Shown here one piece after another: positions 38,780-50,279 of a stretch of 64,000 bases of DNA. The notes beneath the pieces were generated by a model. That model was given only the letters and a program-made list of their open reading frames with translations. It was not told the origin of the DNA and ran no database searches. How positions within the stretch are numbered: position 1 is the first letter of the stretch; each line of letters opens with the position of its first letter. Origin of the DNA: Bilabrum cf. latius (Eukaryota); NCBI GenBank assembly GCA_965178125.1, contig OZ237739.1, forward strand, positions 62,001 to 126,000, given 5' to 3'. The translations under genes were made by a program, and so were the position numbers.

Positions 38780-39835
38780 ATGGCGGCAAGTGCAACAGCA
38801 GAGTCTGAGCCGGTCAAAACTGTCTGCTTGGTCGGAGGAACCCACGGCAATGAATCCACTGGATCTTTTTTGGTTCGAAAGTGGCTCAGTAGTCCCAAGC
38901 TCCACGCAGAACTTGGACGGGCCACGATTCCACACGACAGCATCCGCTGCTTGATCAGCAACCCGAGAGCAACCTAGGAGATCCGTCGCTTCATGGAGAC
39001 GGATTTGAATCGAGAGTTTTCACTTGATCGCCTCCGAGACCACACGAGGCCATCCTACGAGGCCAACCGCGCCAAGGTGGTGGACGCCCTGCTGGGCCCG
39101 AAGGGATCTGGGGAGCGCCCCCGCACCGATTTCTGCGTGGACTTCCACTCCACCACGACCTCGATGGGCATGACCTTCATAGTCGAGGGCGACGACAGAC
39201 TTGCATTGCGGGCGAGCTGCCACGCCATCGCCGCGCTGGAGAAGGAGGGCGTCGATTGCGCAGTGCTGTGGAACGACCAGCCAAGGGAGGAGAGCCCGCA
39301 CGTGGTCTCCAGCGCGAGATCGGGTGTGATGATTGAGGTGGGGCCCATCGCACAGGGCCTGGTGCGCGCCGATATCGCGGGGCAGGTCGAGCGAGCCACG
39401 CACCTCATCCTAGACTACCTAGACGCGTGCAACCAGGGAAGGGCCCCCGCTGTCCCGTCCACCCGCACCGTGTACCGGGACCTGCTGGTCAAGATCCCCT
39501 GCCCCTCGGACGCAGAGGGCCTCCCCACGGCGGCCTTCCACCCCTCTCTGCAGGACCAGGACTGGGCCCCCATGAAGAAGGGAGACCCCATGTTCACCAT
39601 GTTCGACGGAGAAGTGGTGGCGTACGATGGCAGGCACGGGGATGAGGTGCACGTGTGCTTCGTCAACGAGGCAGCCTACTACCTGCCCCAGTCCGGGCTT
39701 GGGTTTGCCCTCTGCGACAAGGTAGAGCTGCCCACTGCGGACGGGGTGCCTGCGCCTGACAGGCCGCCCCTGCTCGGTGGGACCGTCCCTGGAGCGGCAG
39801 AGGGTGGGAGCAAGGCGGCAGAGGAAGGGGAGTGA
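38780..39835 (+). CDS. ASPA: Aspartoacylase (AstE/AspA family, ~351 aa)
   Basis: GGTHGNE, NPRAT*EIRRFMETDLNR, DFHSTT, IEVGP, FVNEAAYY; single TAG at 38975; ends TGA. Confidence 0.92.
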
Positions 39836-40086
39836 AGGGCACTGGGTGGCGGTGACGCGTCTCAGCGAAGGAAGGGGGCGCAATGGTCCGGATGCGTGCT
39901 CCCGGTAGGCACAGTGGTTGAGGAGAGGCAGCAATTCAGCGCCACATGTCGCATGTATGACGCGGTTTATGTATGATTATCAACCTCCGAGTTGCGCAAG
40001 TCTGCTACGCTCACGACAGAAACTGTTCAAAATCTTTGTGGGTTCGTGCCAAGCACTTGAGCGCTTCGCCTAAGGAATTTGCCGGT

Positions 40087-40623
40087 TCACTGACGCGTTT
40101 CAGCCTCTGGCACGCTGACTGCAATGCCCGCATCCTCAAATACCTGCTTGAGTTCGCCCTCCTGATGCATCTGAGTGAGGATGTCGCACCCGCCCACGAA
40201 CTCTCCACCGACGTACAGCTGCGGGATCGTGGGCCAGTCGCTGTACGCCTTGATGCCCTGGCGGAATGCCGGAGATTCAAGCACGTTAAACGAGTTGAAC
40301 TCTACCCCATAGTGGTGCAAAATGCGGACAGCCTGCTAGCTAAACCCGCACATGGGCTGCACCGGAGTTCCTTTCATGTACAGCATAACCTTGTTTCCTT
40401 TCACGTCGCTTTCGATGGCAGCCTTAACGCTCTCTGGGTTGTCAATATCCACCTTAATTTTCGGCTTAAAATCATCGTGCGAGTCTTCTTCGCGGACTGC
40501 ACATGACGTGGCAATGCTAGCTCGAGGTGATGGTCCCATCACCGCTGAAAGAGCAGCGCCCCTCCGCAGGCTTCCCCTGCACATCCGAAGCCCTGCCCTC
40601 GATACTCGACTCAATGCCCTCAT
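40087..40623 (-). CDS. GLRX5: Mitochondrial monothiol glutaredoxin GRX5 (~178 aa)
   Basis: Transit peptide; YMKGTPVQPMCGFS*QAVRIL; WPTIPQLYVGGEFVGGCDI. TAG at 40336 directly after CGFS; ends TGA. Confidence 0.93.
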
Positions 40624-40768
40624 GATGTTATTATGCTTGAGTTATTTGCTATGAAGGCTCTGCAATGACATTTAATCATATTAGTTTTCAAAACAGTACG
40701 CCACATTTGTCTCGGTGCAGCTCGGGCAGTCGCAGCCGCATACACAGCAATAGACAAAGTAATTCGCG

Positions 40769-41329
40769 ATGACAAATGCGCCTGAAAGATTGGATACAGT
40801 GATGATTCCTCCTGGAATGAAGAGGTGAAGCGATTAAGCGCTGCGCAAAGGCACACCGCCCACTGATTGCTGCACCCTGGACACTTTGCTTTAGAAATAC
40901 CTCCATGCGTTGCAGGGTGTACTTTATGAAAGATAGCATGATGAGTAATGCGGGCACGTACAAGCTAATGCGCGAGGGCCACACGGCTGGTAATCTTATC
41001 CGAATGTAAGTTGGATGTTGAGCAGCCGGCACCGTCATTGTGCTGCTCTTCGTGCGTCACAACTGGGCTTGCACGGATTCTATATCGTGTTATTCTGCAG
41101 GGAGTTATTGAGGGATTCGAGGGTTCGGTTCGGGGGTTATATGATCAGCCATCCGCTCGAGCACGACGTGCTCGTGAAGGTTCAGACTAGCAAGGCCACT
41201 TAGCCGCACGATGCGGTGATCCACGCCTGTGTTCGATTAGAAGAGGACTATAAAAGCTTGGAGGATGCATTTTAGAAGGGCTTGCAAACAGCAGACGTTG
41301 CTGGCGAGGGCGATGGGGGCGTTGGTTGA
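40769..41329 (+). CDS. RPB11: RNA polymerase II subunit RPB11 (124 aa)
   Basis: Exons 40769-40824, 40916-41005, 41101-41329: MTNAPERLDTV..NAGTYKLMREGHTAGNLIRMELLRDSRVRFGGYMISHPLEH..KVQT. TAG at 41201 and 41273; ends TGA. Confidence 0.9.
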
Positions 41330-41448
41330 TGTTACACGACGTTCAAGATTGGTGTACCAGAGTCTGCGTGAAACTATTCGCACGCAGCAATACAAGCATC
41401 CCCAATAATATTCGTCACCGTCCACCAGACTGCAAACCTTTCGCAGCA

Positions 41449-44400
41449 TCACCGGCCTGCACCCCCCCCAGCCCCGCCTTGCCCCGCTCCCGCGGCCTAG
41501 CCAACCACCCCCCCGCCGGCCCCCCGCTCCTGCTGGCTGTACCTCTGAATCTCCGCGATGATGGCCGGGACAGCCACCATGTCCCGCGTGAACTCGGGTC
41601 CGTGCGGGAAGGCCCTGTTCACGATCTGCTGCACCCTGGTCCAGTAGAGCAGCGTCTGCGTGTAGGCCGCCTTGAGCACCTCCATGGACAGCGGGGAGTC
41701 CCCGAACAGGCCCTTGACGCTCTCGTGGATCCGGCCCAGGGCCTGCCGCCAGCTGCTAGCGAAGTCGCGCACCACGGCCGCGCACTCCTGCTGGCTGACC
41801 TGCACGCGGCCCCCCCCCGCCGACCCCCCGCCAGACCCCCCGCCCTCCCCGTCGGCCGCCCCCGTGGCCGCCTCGGTCTGCTTGACGAACTGGATGAGCC
41901 TCTTGAAGTGCGCCTGCAGCTCCTGCTCCACGAACATCTCCGTCTGCGTGGTCACGATGTCCTGAAAGTGCTGCACGTCCTCCTCGGCCACACGCCTCTC
42001 CTTGCACACCATCACGCAGTGCCCGAACTGGCGGATCAAGAAGGCCAGGCGGTGCCTGCCGCTGCGGTGCGACTGCGACATCCGCGAGAGCAGGCTCTGC
42101 ATCTCCGACCTCAAGACGGCCAGGTTGTGGGAAACCATCGCGTCCGCCATGCCGCCCCGCTGCAGCAGACGGTGCAGCACCAGCACGGTTGCCGTGAACT
42201 CGGCGAACCGCTTGGTGGCCGAGTGCGGCTCCAACCTGGCCTCGCCCAGCCTGGCCGGATTCGCCTCCCTCACGCTCTTCAGGTTCGCGTCGAAGATCGC
42301 CTTGAACCTGGGCCAGGCCAGCATCGACACCCGCTGGAAGTACGCCTGCATCGTGTGCGGGATGGCTCCGTCCAGGTCCCGCAGCTCCTGGGTCACCGGC
42401 GTGGAGGCGCCTTCGCCTTCGTCTCCTGCGAGACCCGCACCCGCACCCGCACCCGGGCTGCCACGAGACCTCGACGAGGACACGGCGGCGCCGCTCGAGG
42501 CGCCGGCTCGGCCCGCGCCCCGGCTGGCAGCGGAGGTCCCGTCTGCGCCGCTGCCCCCGGCGCTCCCGTTCCCCGGTGCCGTGGGAGGGGCCGCAGAGGC
42601 AGGGGAGGACGCCCCCGCCGTGGACGCGCCAGAGCCGGGGGCTGGGGACCGGCCCCCCGCCCCCACCGCCCTCGCTTCCCTGGATGCCTGCGCCGCGCTC
42701 TGCCTGAGCGTATGCGCTAGCCAGGTCTTATGGGCCTGCGTGACCCCAATGAGCAGCAGGATGGCCACGCTGTCGTGGCACTCCATCAGGTGGTTCTCCA
42801 CCTGTTCCAGGAGCGAGCTAACAGCAAGGGACATGACCCGGCTGAACACACCGCGCCCCTCACCCTCCGCCGTGCCCGCGCCGCCCCTGCTACTTCCACT
42901 GCCGCCACCGCTCCGCGCAGGCCCCCCGTCGCCGCCAGCCGTGCTGGCCCCGAAGAAGGCCTCGCAGAAGGCGAGCTCGCCCGCCGCGATCTGCACCAGG
43001 TGCCTCTGCACCGACCTGAAGACCTGCTCGTAGGTGAGCCGCTACCCCTCGCTCCTCGCCAGCTGAGGGTTGATGGGCGCCTGGTTTGCCTCCCGCAGCA
43101 CCTGTGCCCTGCGCCCCAGCGCGAATGCTGCGGTGCGCTCCTGCCTGCCCGGGTCCGCCGTGAGCGACGAGAAGAAGGACTGCGCCACCCTCCTCTCCGC
43201 CACGATGGTGTCCTCTGCCGTGGCGACCTTCACGTGCAGCTGCATGAGGTTTGTGTAGTACGCCCTGAAAATGCCCTCGTACACGGCGCTCATCGTAGCG
43301 GCGTAGCTCTCCCGGAGCTGTCGGGCGGCATCGGGGGCGTGCTGCCGTAGGAACAGGTAGGTCTCGATGCGGCGGAGGAGGCTGTGCTTCTGCAGCATCT
43401 GCACGTTGGTGTTGGGCCGCTTGAGCGACTCAAACTGCTGGACCAGCCAGTCGTGGCACTGCGAGCATTCGATCAATCATGGAATGGGGCGGGGGATGGT
43501 GGGGGGCGGGGGGGGGGGGAATGACAATCGATGGGGCAGGACGAGGAAGCGCAACGGAGAAAGGAGGAGGCAGCAAGCACCAAATCAGCCAGCAAACCAG
43601 CCCCGCGTCAACCATATTCAATTGGATCTTAAACTCGTACTCACCCTGCGCACAGCATGCATCTTGAGGCCGTCCAGCTGCGGGAGGGCGTCCCTGCCCG
43701 CCCGCGTGCTGAACGGATCCACGCCCAGATCATCCAGCCGCAGCACCTCCCCGCCCTCGCCCTCACCCGCCTACTTACCCTCCGCGGCAGTCCCCCCTGT
43801 CGCCTGTTCCCCGGCCCCACTGCTGGCCCGCGCCTCTGCGAACCGCAGCTTGCTGCTCAGCGCGCGCACGGCCTGGCAGAACGCGGCATCCACCGGCTTG
43901 CCTGGATCGGCGATCGTGGCGGCCATCCCCTCCGATACCCCCACGCGCTCCAGGAACTCACGGAGGGCCGAGCCCACCAGCTGCCTATTCCTGAGCTTGG
44001 TCGTGTTGGAGAGAGCGTCGGTCTGCAGGCCCCTGATCTCCCGTGTGATGGAGCCCAGCTGCTGCTGAAAGCTCTGGAGCTGGCCGAGCATGTCTGTAAG
44101 CACGCCCTCGCAGTCGCCCAGCTGCGTGTATAGCGAGGCGAAGCGGTCAGCCTCGAGCACGTACGCGCCCACGCTGTCGCTCTCAGCCTCCCGCAGCTGC
44201 TCGTCCACCATCCGAGCGTAGACCCTCAGATCTGCAGCTCCGTCGCTCGATGACCCCTATGATGACGATGCAGAGTTTTCAGTGGATCTCTTTAGGAGCG
44301 CCTGGAGCGACTCGTCCTCCGCGAGCGCGGCAAGATCGGCGGCCATGTCGCCGTAGTCCTCCTCAGCTTCCTCGTCCAGCGCAGCAAGCTCTGCCGAATG

Positions 44401-44769
44401 CGGCTAATGACCGCTCGTAATATTTAGAGATGAAAAATCGAAGTCAAAGTCGTCCTCGGTCGTGAGAGTTGACGTGCCAAACTCATCATTGCCCTCTTCG
44501 CCGTCCGGTGATTCGCCGTCGCCATTCTTGCTCTCGCTCGCGCCAGCTCCCGACGATGCAACCCTTCGGGACAGCTCTGACATGCTGAGGGATGCAGTTC
44601 CACCGAGGAGCTCATCGCGCGCGCTATCTTCGTTCCCGTCTGCACTCTCTGGCTCGCTTGCCTGCTTTGCTGGAGCCTTTGGCGCCGGAGAGTCAGCGTA
44701 TCGATTGGGGGTGTCAGCCGTCACAGTCGACCCTGCAAACAATGCATTTCTTGACGCATCTTCCTGCAT
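41449..44769 (-). CDS. VPS52: GARP complex subunit VPS52 (~1044 aa)
   Basis: LQSFQQQLGSITREIRGLQ..KLRNR, LKRPNTNVQMLQ, YEQVFRS, CHDSVAILL, LAWPRFKAIFDANLKS, PHSATKRFAEF. Intron 43459-43644; TAG at 44404, 44257, 43771, 43042, 41497; ends TGA. Confidence 0.9.
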
Positions 44770-45180
44770 TTCAAGCAGCTGTGCCTTTGCGAGCAGCTCC
44801 AAACTTCGCACAAGCGATTCAGAAAAGTGCTCGCAACCACTACTGCCAGTGGCTCGTCAGTGGCATCCACGGCGTGGAGGCAACTCAGCCAGCCTGAAGA
44901 GTCAGCATAAATTGAAATGGGGTCAACGTGTGGCCAGCATGCGAAACGTACTATCGATGCAATGCATCCAACGCCTGCTGCCACCAGCTGGCTGGCAGGG
45001 AGCGTCCGCAGTGTCCCGAGTAGCGGTGGCAACCATCGGGGGGCCTTCCCCCGTCCCAAGGCCCCGGCCGATCGATGGCCACCCGCATACAAAGTCCTGT
45101 CCAACACCTCACCCGCCGACCCGATCCCGAGTCCATGCACTTCATGACCCCATGCGAGAGCCCCGCCTGCTTCCAGCCCT

Positions 45181-46071
45181 TCAATCCACGTAGTACACGG
45201 AGAACAAGCCCTGAGGCTTGTACGGGTACGGCAGCTTCCCGTTGCTGTTGGGCCTCACCTGCACGCCCAGCTCGTTGGTGAGCAAGTGCCACACGCGCTC
45301 GATCGAGGCGGGCCACGCGTGCACGCACCCCGCCGAGTTGGGCATGGGGGCGGGGGGCGCCCACCCGGGCCACTCTCCCGTGTGCATCAAGATGCCGTCC
45401 CGAATGTTGGGCACGGACCAGCGGGCGTTCCCCTGGATCCCCTAGACCATCCTGTTGACAGGGTACGGCCCGTACTCGCGCGGGATCGATTCCGGGGAGT
45501 TCAAATCGGCCTGGGAGAGGCCCGTTGGGGTGTTCCCGCAGCTGGCCATCTGGTTGCGGCCTGGACCGGAGTTGTTAAAGTCTGGCCATGTGTGGTCGGG
45601 CCCCAGGGAGTAGCCGTGCGCGCGTACCGTGAAGGAGAAGATTGTGCTGCCGTTGGTCGCAATCAAAGATGCCTTCGATTCGATGCTACGGTTGCGATGC
45701 ACGGGGACCACAATCTTGTACAAGTACTAATCTCCGTGAGCCGTCGGCGGAAGCCCGTCATCCCTGTAGTGATCGTCAGTGAGCACTTCTAGTACAGCCT
45801 CGCTAGTTGGCTCGTCAAGCACGCCGCTCGCGCGCATTCCCTGCCAAGTCTGGAACTTTGAGAGCGCCTCATCCGTGCGTTGATCAAACATACCGCTCTG
45901 GTTCACGGAGGGAACCTTGTCGCGAGGTGCATTGCCGAGAAGCCCCTGCAGAATAAAGACATCCTGTCCGGTTGCCCCTTGCTTGAGCTCCCGAGAGAAT
46001 GGCAGTGGGAATGCTGATACCAGGGTGATCCATGCTATTAGTGCCAGGCAAATTGCACTCCCTTTGTGCAT
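45181..46071 (-). CDS. Secreted protein with peptidoglycan-binding domain and L,D-transpeptidase-like catalytic domain (~296 aa)
   Basis: Signal peptide; PG_binding_1-like LKQGATGQDVFILQGLL..FDQRTDEALSKFQ..SGVLDEPT; ILMHTG-x13-SAGCVH motif. TAG at 45727 and 45442; ends TGA. Confidence 0.75.
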
Positions 46072-46168
46072 TGTTTATCCTTCTTGCCGTCACTGTACGA
46101 ACCTTGCAGTGCCGTTCCTGAAGCCTGGTTCCGGGTTCTACAAATCTACTGATTATTGGCATTCGAAG

Positions 46169-47173
46169 ATGGCTAGAGACACGGGCAATGCAGATGGGTT
46201 GAAAAAGAAACCTAGGAATGAAGCCATAGGCCTTTCGAACCTCCAAGACCACCTTTCAAAGGAGGATTTCAGGAAAGTTGCGGATGCTCGACGCTAGATG
46301 TTAGTATCTCATTGCTCTGAAAGTATTCGAGTCGATCCAGACGTTCGCTTCAAAATGTTGGTGTCTTTATCATACGGTTAATTTTGCAGATGGACTGGTG
46401 GCTTCACGGGGATGGCGGGAGGGGCTATATCTGGCCTCGCGGGGTATATCGTGGCGCGTGAGCACACGTCACTCAGCCAAACTTCATTATTATCCGCTTT
46501 GCGCCAGATGCATCTGCTGCGGTTTCAATCGGAGCACTCACTCAACCGAACATTGATCGTTAAAGCCAGCTTAATGTACTTTGCTGGGCGTTTGCACCGT
46601 TCAGCTGACAGTACAATCGCCGTTGCAGTTCCTGTCAGAACCGCGCAAGCAAATCAAGTAACCCTGCCAATCCTTACCTATCTCGCAGGACGATTCCAGC
46701 CGTGGATGAAGCTGAGGAAGCACGGGCTCGCCATGGGCCTCAGCGGTGCCATGGCGGGGGCCTTCGTGCTTGCAGTGGTGAGGGGGCGGCCCGCCATGGC
46801 CAGCATGGACACAGTGTATGACGACAGCAAGAGAAAAGCCATGTCGGGTTACCAGAAGAGAGTGGCTGACGCTGCAGCCGAGGAGAGGAGACTTCGGTTG
46901 GAGGAGGCGGAGAGGAAGCACGCCGGCGACACAGGGGATGCGTTAGGGGCCTCCGCCAGCCCCTCGGGGGTGGGTCGATCGACGGGTGGTAGTGCTGCCG
47001 GCGGTTCGGGTCTGAAGATGAGCGGTGGACAGCGTGAAGGGGCACCCGGCGGGTATGAGTCGGGCCCGCGCGAAGTAGGGGGCGGGGGCGAGCACGGTGC
47101 TGGGGCAGGTGCTCGCTTGAGCGGGTTTGAGGTCAGGTCACGGGGGGAGGGGGGCTGGTCGTCTGGGAGATGA
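46169..47173 (+). CDS. Hypothetical two-TM membrane protein (~227 aa)
   Basis: Exons 46169-46299, 46390-46457, 46689-47173; TAG at 46295; Gly-rich TM segments GGFTGMAGGAISGLAGYIV and GLSGAMAGAFVLAV; ends TGA. Confidence 0.6.
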
Positions 47174-47362
47174 TAGTATACTGGAGGCAAGCCCTTGTTA
47201 TTTTGCATAGAAATTGTGCGCATAATCCACTTCCACTTCCAGTCGGCACGTCTGGTGAATGGTGGCTTCAAGTTGCTGCCCGCAATCGTACTTCCGGTTT
47301 ACATGGATCGGAGCAGGAATCAACTGTACTTTTCTTGCCACGGATAGAGCAACAAAACAAAC

Positions 47363-47435
47363 CGCCTCTGCTAGGATTCGAACCTAGATTGAGTGCTTCA
47401 AAGGCACCAGTGCTGAACCATTACACCACAGAGGC
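47363..47435 (-). tRNA. trnQ: tRNA-Gln, anticodon UUG
   Basis: Cloverleaf GCCTCTG TG GTGT-AATGGTTCA-GCAC T GGTGC-CTTTGAA-GCACT CAAT CTAGG-TTCGAAT-CCTAG CAGAGGC G (73 nt); anticodon at 47399-47401; T-rich Pol III-like terminator follows. Confidence 0.92.
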
Positions 47436-47770
47436 ACAATTCCCAGATGCCAAATCACCAAGCAACGGACCTGCGACACCCCGTGTACGAGCACATTCTA
47501 CCCCAAAGAAGCAAGAGGTTTCGACAGAGCCGATCCCAGCAGGCTCCGCAATGCGACCGCACGAGCTCCACCCTGCTTCACCCAGTGTACACGCCGCCCT
47601 GTCTCCACATCGCCTGGCCGGTGAGGGTAGTTTCGCCCGCCGATCGAAGGGTCCACCTTCACCGCACGGCGACGGCAGAAGCCAATAGCCGTGCGGTGGC
47701 CTCGCACCACAGTGACGAATCTACCACGCAAGTGACGCGACGCAAGTCGCCACCAGGCTGAAAGGCCGGC

Positions 47771-48523
47771 TCACTTGGATTCCTCTGCCGTGCCGTACGA
47801 CTGCTGCCTGGTTCGCCCCTCGTCGAGGGAGGCTGCTCGCCCACCGGCAGAGTCCGCGTCTGCAGCTGCTTCCAGGGCCTTTACGAGGCGCTCCACGCGG
47901 CCTTGGTTTACGTTCCAATCAAAAGACCCTGTCACAGATCGAGAAAAGATCATGTAGGCAACTGCAGTGCCGTTGCTGCCAGCCGCGCCACTGGTGCCTG
48001 CGTTGGTTGCATCCACCTCGAAGGCCTCAAAAGTGATTCTATCAACAAACTTGCAGCAAGCTGTTTGAACGAATCCTTCTATTCTGACTGGTCCATTTAA
48101 GTCTGTCTCCGGTGCTTGCGGAAGAGGGGCAGGCGCGGCAGCATCCCCTCCGGACTACAACGTCCCCGACGGGGGAGCTGATCCCTCCGAAGGCGTGTCT
48201 TGGGATACAGGACCATCGTAAAGTATCTCTGCTTGCGGCTCTTCCAAGAAAACCTGCCGAAATACCCCTGCAACGCTTGCAATCGACCTACCGGCCCACA
48301 CTTTCGAGACTTGCAATCGCTGCGCTCTCTTTGCCCCTTTAATTATAGTTTGTCGTCCCGTAGGCGCATAGTCCTTCAATTTGGGAGCCGCTAGAAACCA
48401 GTTCAGATACCCCTCCCGTACTTCGCAGTCGAACCCTTTCGAAAGATCGATGCCGGTACGTGGGGGTGGATCCTCTGGAGATTCTAGCTGCCATTTCTGC
48501 TTGCTGCCTGCCGAAGCAGCCAT
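47771..48523 (-). CDS. DUF1499-like protein (~250 aa)
   Basis: ORFs 48155..48523 and 47771..48016 join through the TAG at 48155; FVQTACCKFVDRITFE and SRSVTGSFDWNVNQGRVERL resemble DUF1499 motifs; ends TGA. Confidence 0.65.
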
Positions 48524-49520
48524 TAATCAAATGTTTCGGGTGCGGTAGCTTGGTACAGGGTGCGTGAGACGCGTTGCTGAGCAGTGGATCACTACAATGT
48601 CGATGGATGCACAAGTTGCTGAACCGGCCATTTGTTCGTTCGTCATCCGCGCTGGGAGGGGGGGCAGCCACCGCACGGGCACGGTGAACTTGGTACCCAC
48701 GCAGGGGTGACGTGCGGGAGGTGTACGTGTATCAGGCCGCCAACCACAACGAGTTCACAATCATCATGGGGAGGCAATGCCATCTACAACGGATGTGGGA
48801 GCAACCTCGCGGGACACGGATTCGCCCGCGGCTGCTTACGCTGTGTGGTGCTTGTACCCAGCATACCACTACACGCAGTAGTGGCTCAATGTTGGTAGAA
48901 GGGTGCAACAGCACGAGCACGCTATGCTGTCGGCTGGGCTACCAAGCTTGCAGGCCGCTGGCTGGCACCGCGGTGTGAGATACTCGGGAGTTGAAACGGC
49001 GAGCAGAGCTTCGGAGGCACCATGTGACAGTGACAGGGTATCAGACTGCCGCTTCCACCCGCAGGTTGGGTGTGCCGGCTTCGACCCGGGGCTTGCGGGC
49101 CCGGCGCTTGGGGCACAGGCTTCGGGGGCGTGCATGCAGGCTGGTAGCCCTACGGTGGCTGCCGATGATTGGGGGTCATCTGCTCGCGTCGTCATACGAT
49201 GTCGAGCAGCATGGATAGGGCGGTCCGGTTCCGGGGCGGGGGGTGGCTCGAACGGCGGGGCACCACTCGGGAGGGGGAGGGCCGGTGGGCACGACGGGAG
49301 GGTGATGGGGGCGGTCCGGAGGGCCAAGGACGATGCCCACGCGGCATCCATTGGGTGTGGCCGCACGCTGAAGGTGTGGGCGTGTGACATAGACCTGTAA
49401 TCATCAAAGGAGGTGCCTGTGAATGTGAACCGGAACTGCCAATCGATCAGCTGACGCAATGAACCCATCCGATCCGTGACGGGTGCAGCGAGACACAAGA
49501 GACTCCACAAAGCAGAAGTT

Positions 49521-50279
49521 ATGGCAGCCTCTGCAGAATCAAATGCTTCTGCTGTATCTCTTGAGAGTGGAAAATCCAGCGATGCAAGCGGCCCGCCTCC
49601 GCGGTTCTGGGAGGAGAGGTATGGCACCGCGGAGTTCGCCTATGGCACCGAGCCGAACGCCTGGATCCGGGAGAACGCCGATTTTGTGCGTGGCAACGTA
49701 ATTGATCTCGGTTCTGGTGAGGGCAGATGCTCGGTATGGGCTGCTGGACGGCCAGAAGTGAACTCTGTGTTGGCCGTGGATGCATCAGGAGCCGGTGCCG
49801 AGAAATGCAAAGCACTTGCAGCCAAGGCGGGTACCGACAAGATCACAGCCATTGTTGGAGATGCAACAAAGTGGCGACCGTCCAAAGAGGCGCCGCTTGC
49901 CGATGTGCTGCTGTGCGTATTCCTTCACCTCCCGCCATCGAGCCGTCCCAGGATATGGGAGACAATCAGGGACAGCCTTAAGCCTGGTGGGATCCTTGTG
50001 GCAGAGTGGTACCACCCTGAGCATGTTAAGAAAGCCTACGGAACTGGGGGCCCAAGGTCTGACTCCATGTGCATCACACCCCAGGAGCTCGCAAGGGCGC
50101 TTGGTGGGGAGGCTGCAGGGGAGGCGAGCGATTCCGGCACCGAGGAGGGCAAGGCGCTCCTGCGCGGAGCAGGGTTTGAGTACCTGGATGGGCCCATCGA
50201 GTACGACATCAAGGAAGGCTTGTATCACACAGGGAAGGGTGCCGTGACGCGGGTGCGCTGGAGGAAACCCGAGGAGTGA
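49521..50279 (+). CDS. Class I SAM-dependent methyltransferase, bacterial-like (~252 aa)
   Basis: FWEERYGTAEFAYGTEPN, IDLGSGEGR, FLHLPP, LKPGG, GTGGP, EGLYHTGKGAV; ends TGA; no TAG. Confidence 0.88.
   Translation: MAASAESNASAVSLESGKSSDASGPPPRFWEERYGTAEFAYGTEPNAWIRENADFVRGNVIDLGSGEGRCSVWAAGRPEVNSVLAVDASGAGAEKCKALAAKAGTDKITAIVGDATKWRPSKEAPLADVLLCVFLHLPPSSRPRIWETIRDSLKPGGILVAEWYHPEHVKKAYGTGGPRSDSMCITPQELARALGGEAAGEASDSGTEEGKALLRGAGFEYLDGPIEYDIKEGLYHTGKGAVTRVRWRKPEE

Noticed and set aside
38975-38977. TAGs as 3' ends of tiny introns
   Set aside because: Homology is continuous with no missing or extra residues (ASPA, GRX5, lipocalin), and most sites have no nearby GT donor. Only the TAG at 30626 is plausibly an acceptor, and the one at 13292 lies inside an intron; both were left out of the count.
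47363-47435. This tRNA as the amber suppressor
   Set aside because: The anticodon reads UUG, not CUA. I found no CUA-anticodon tRNA in the window.
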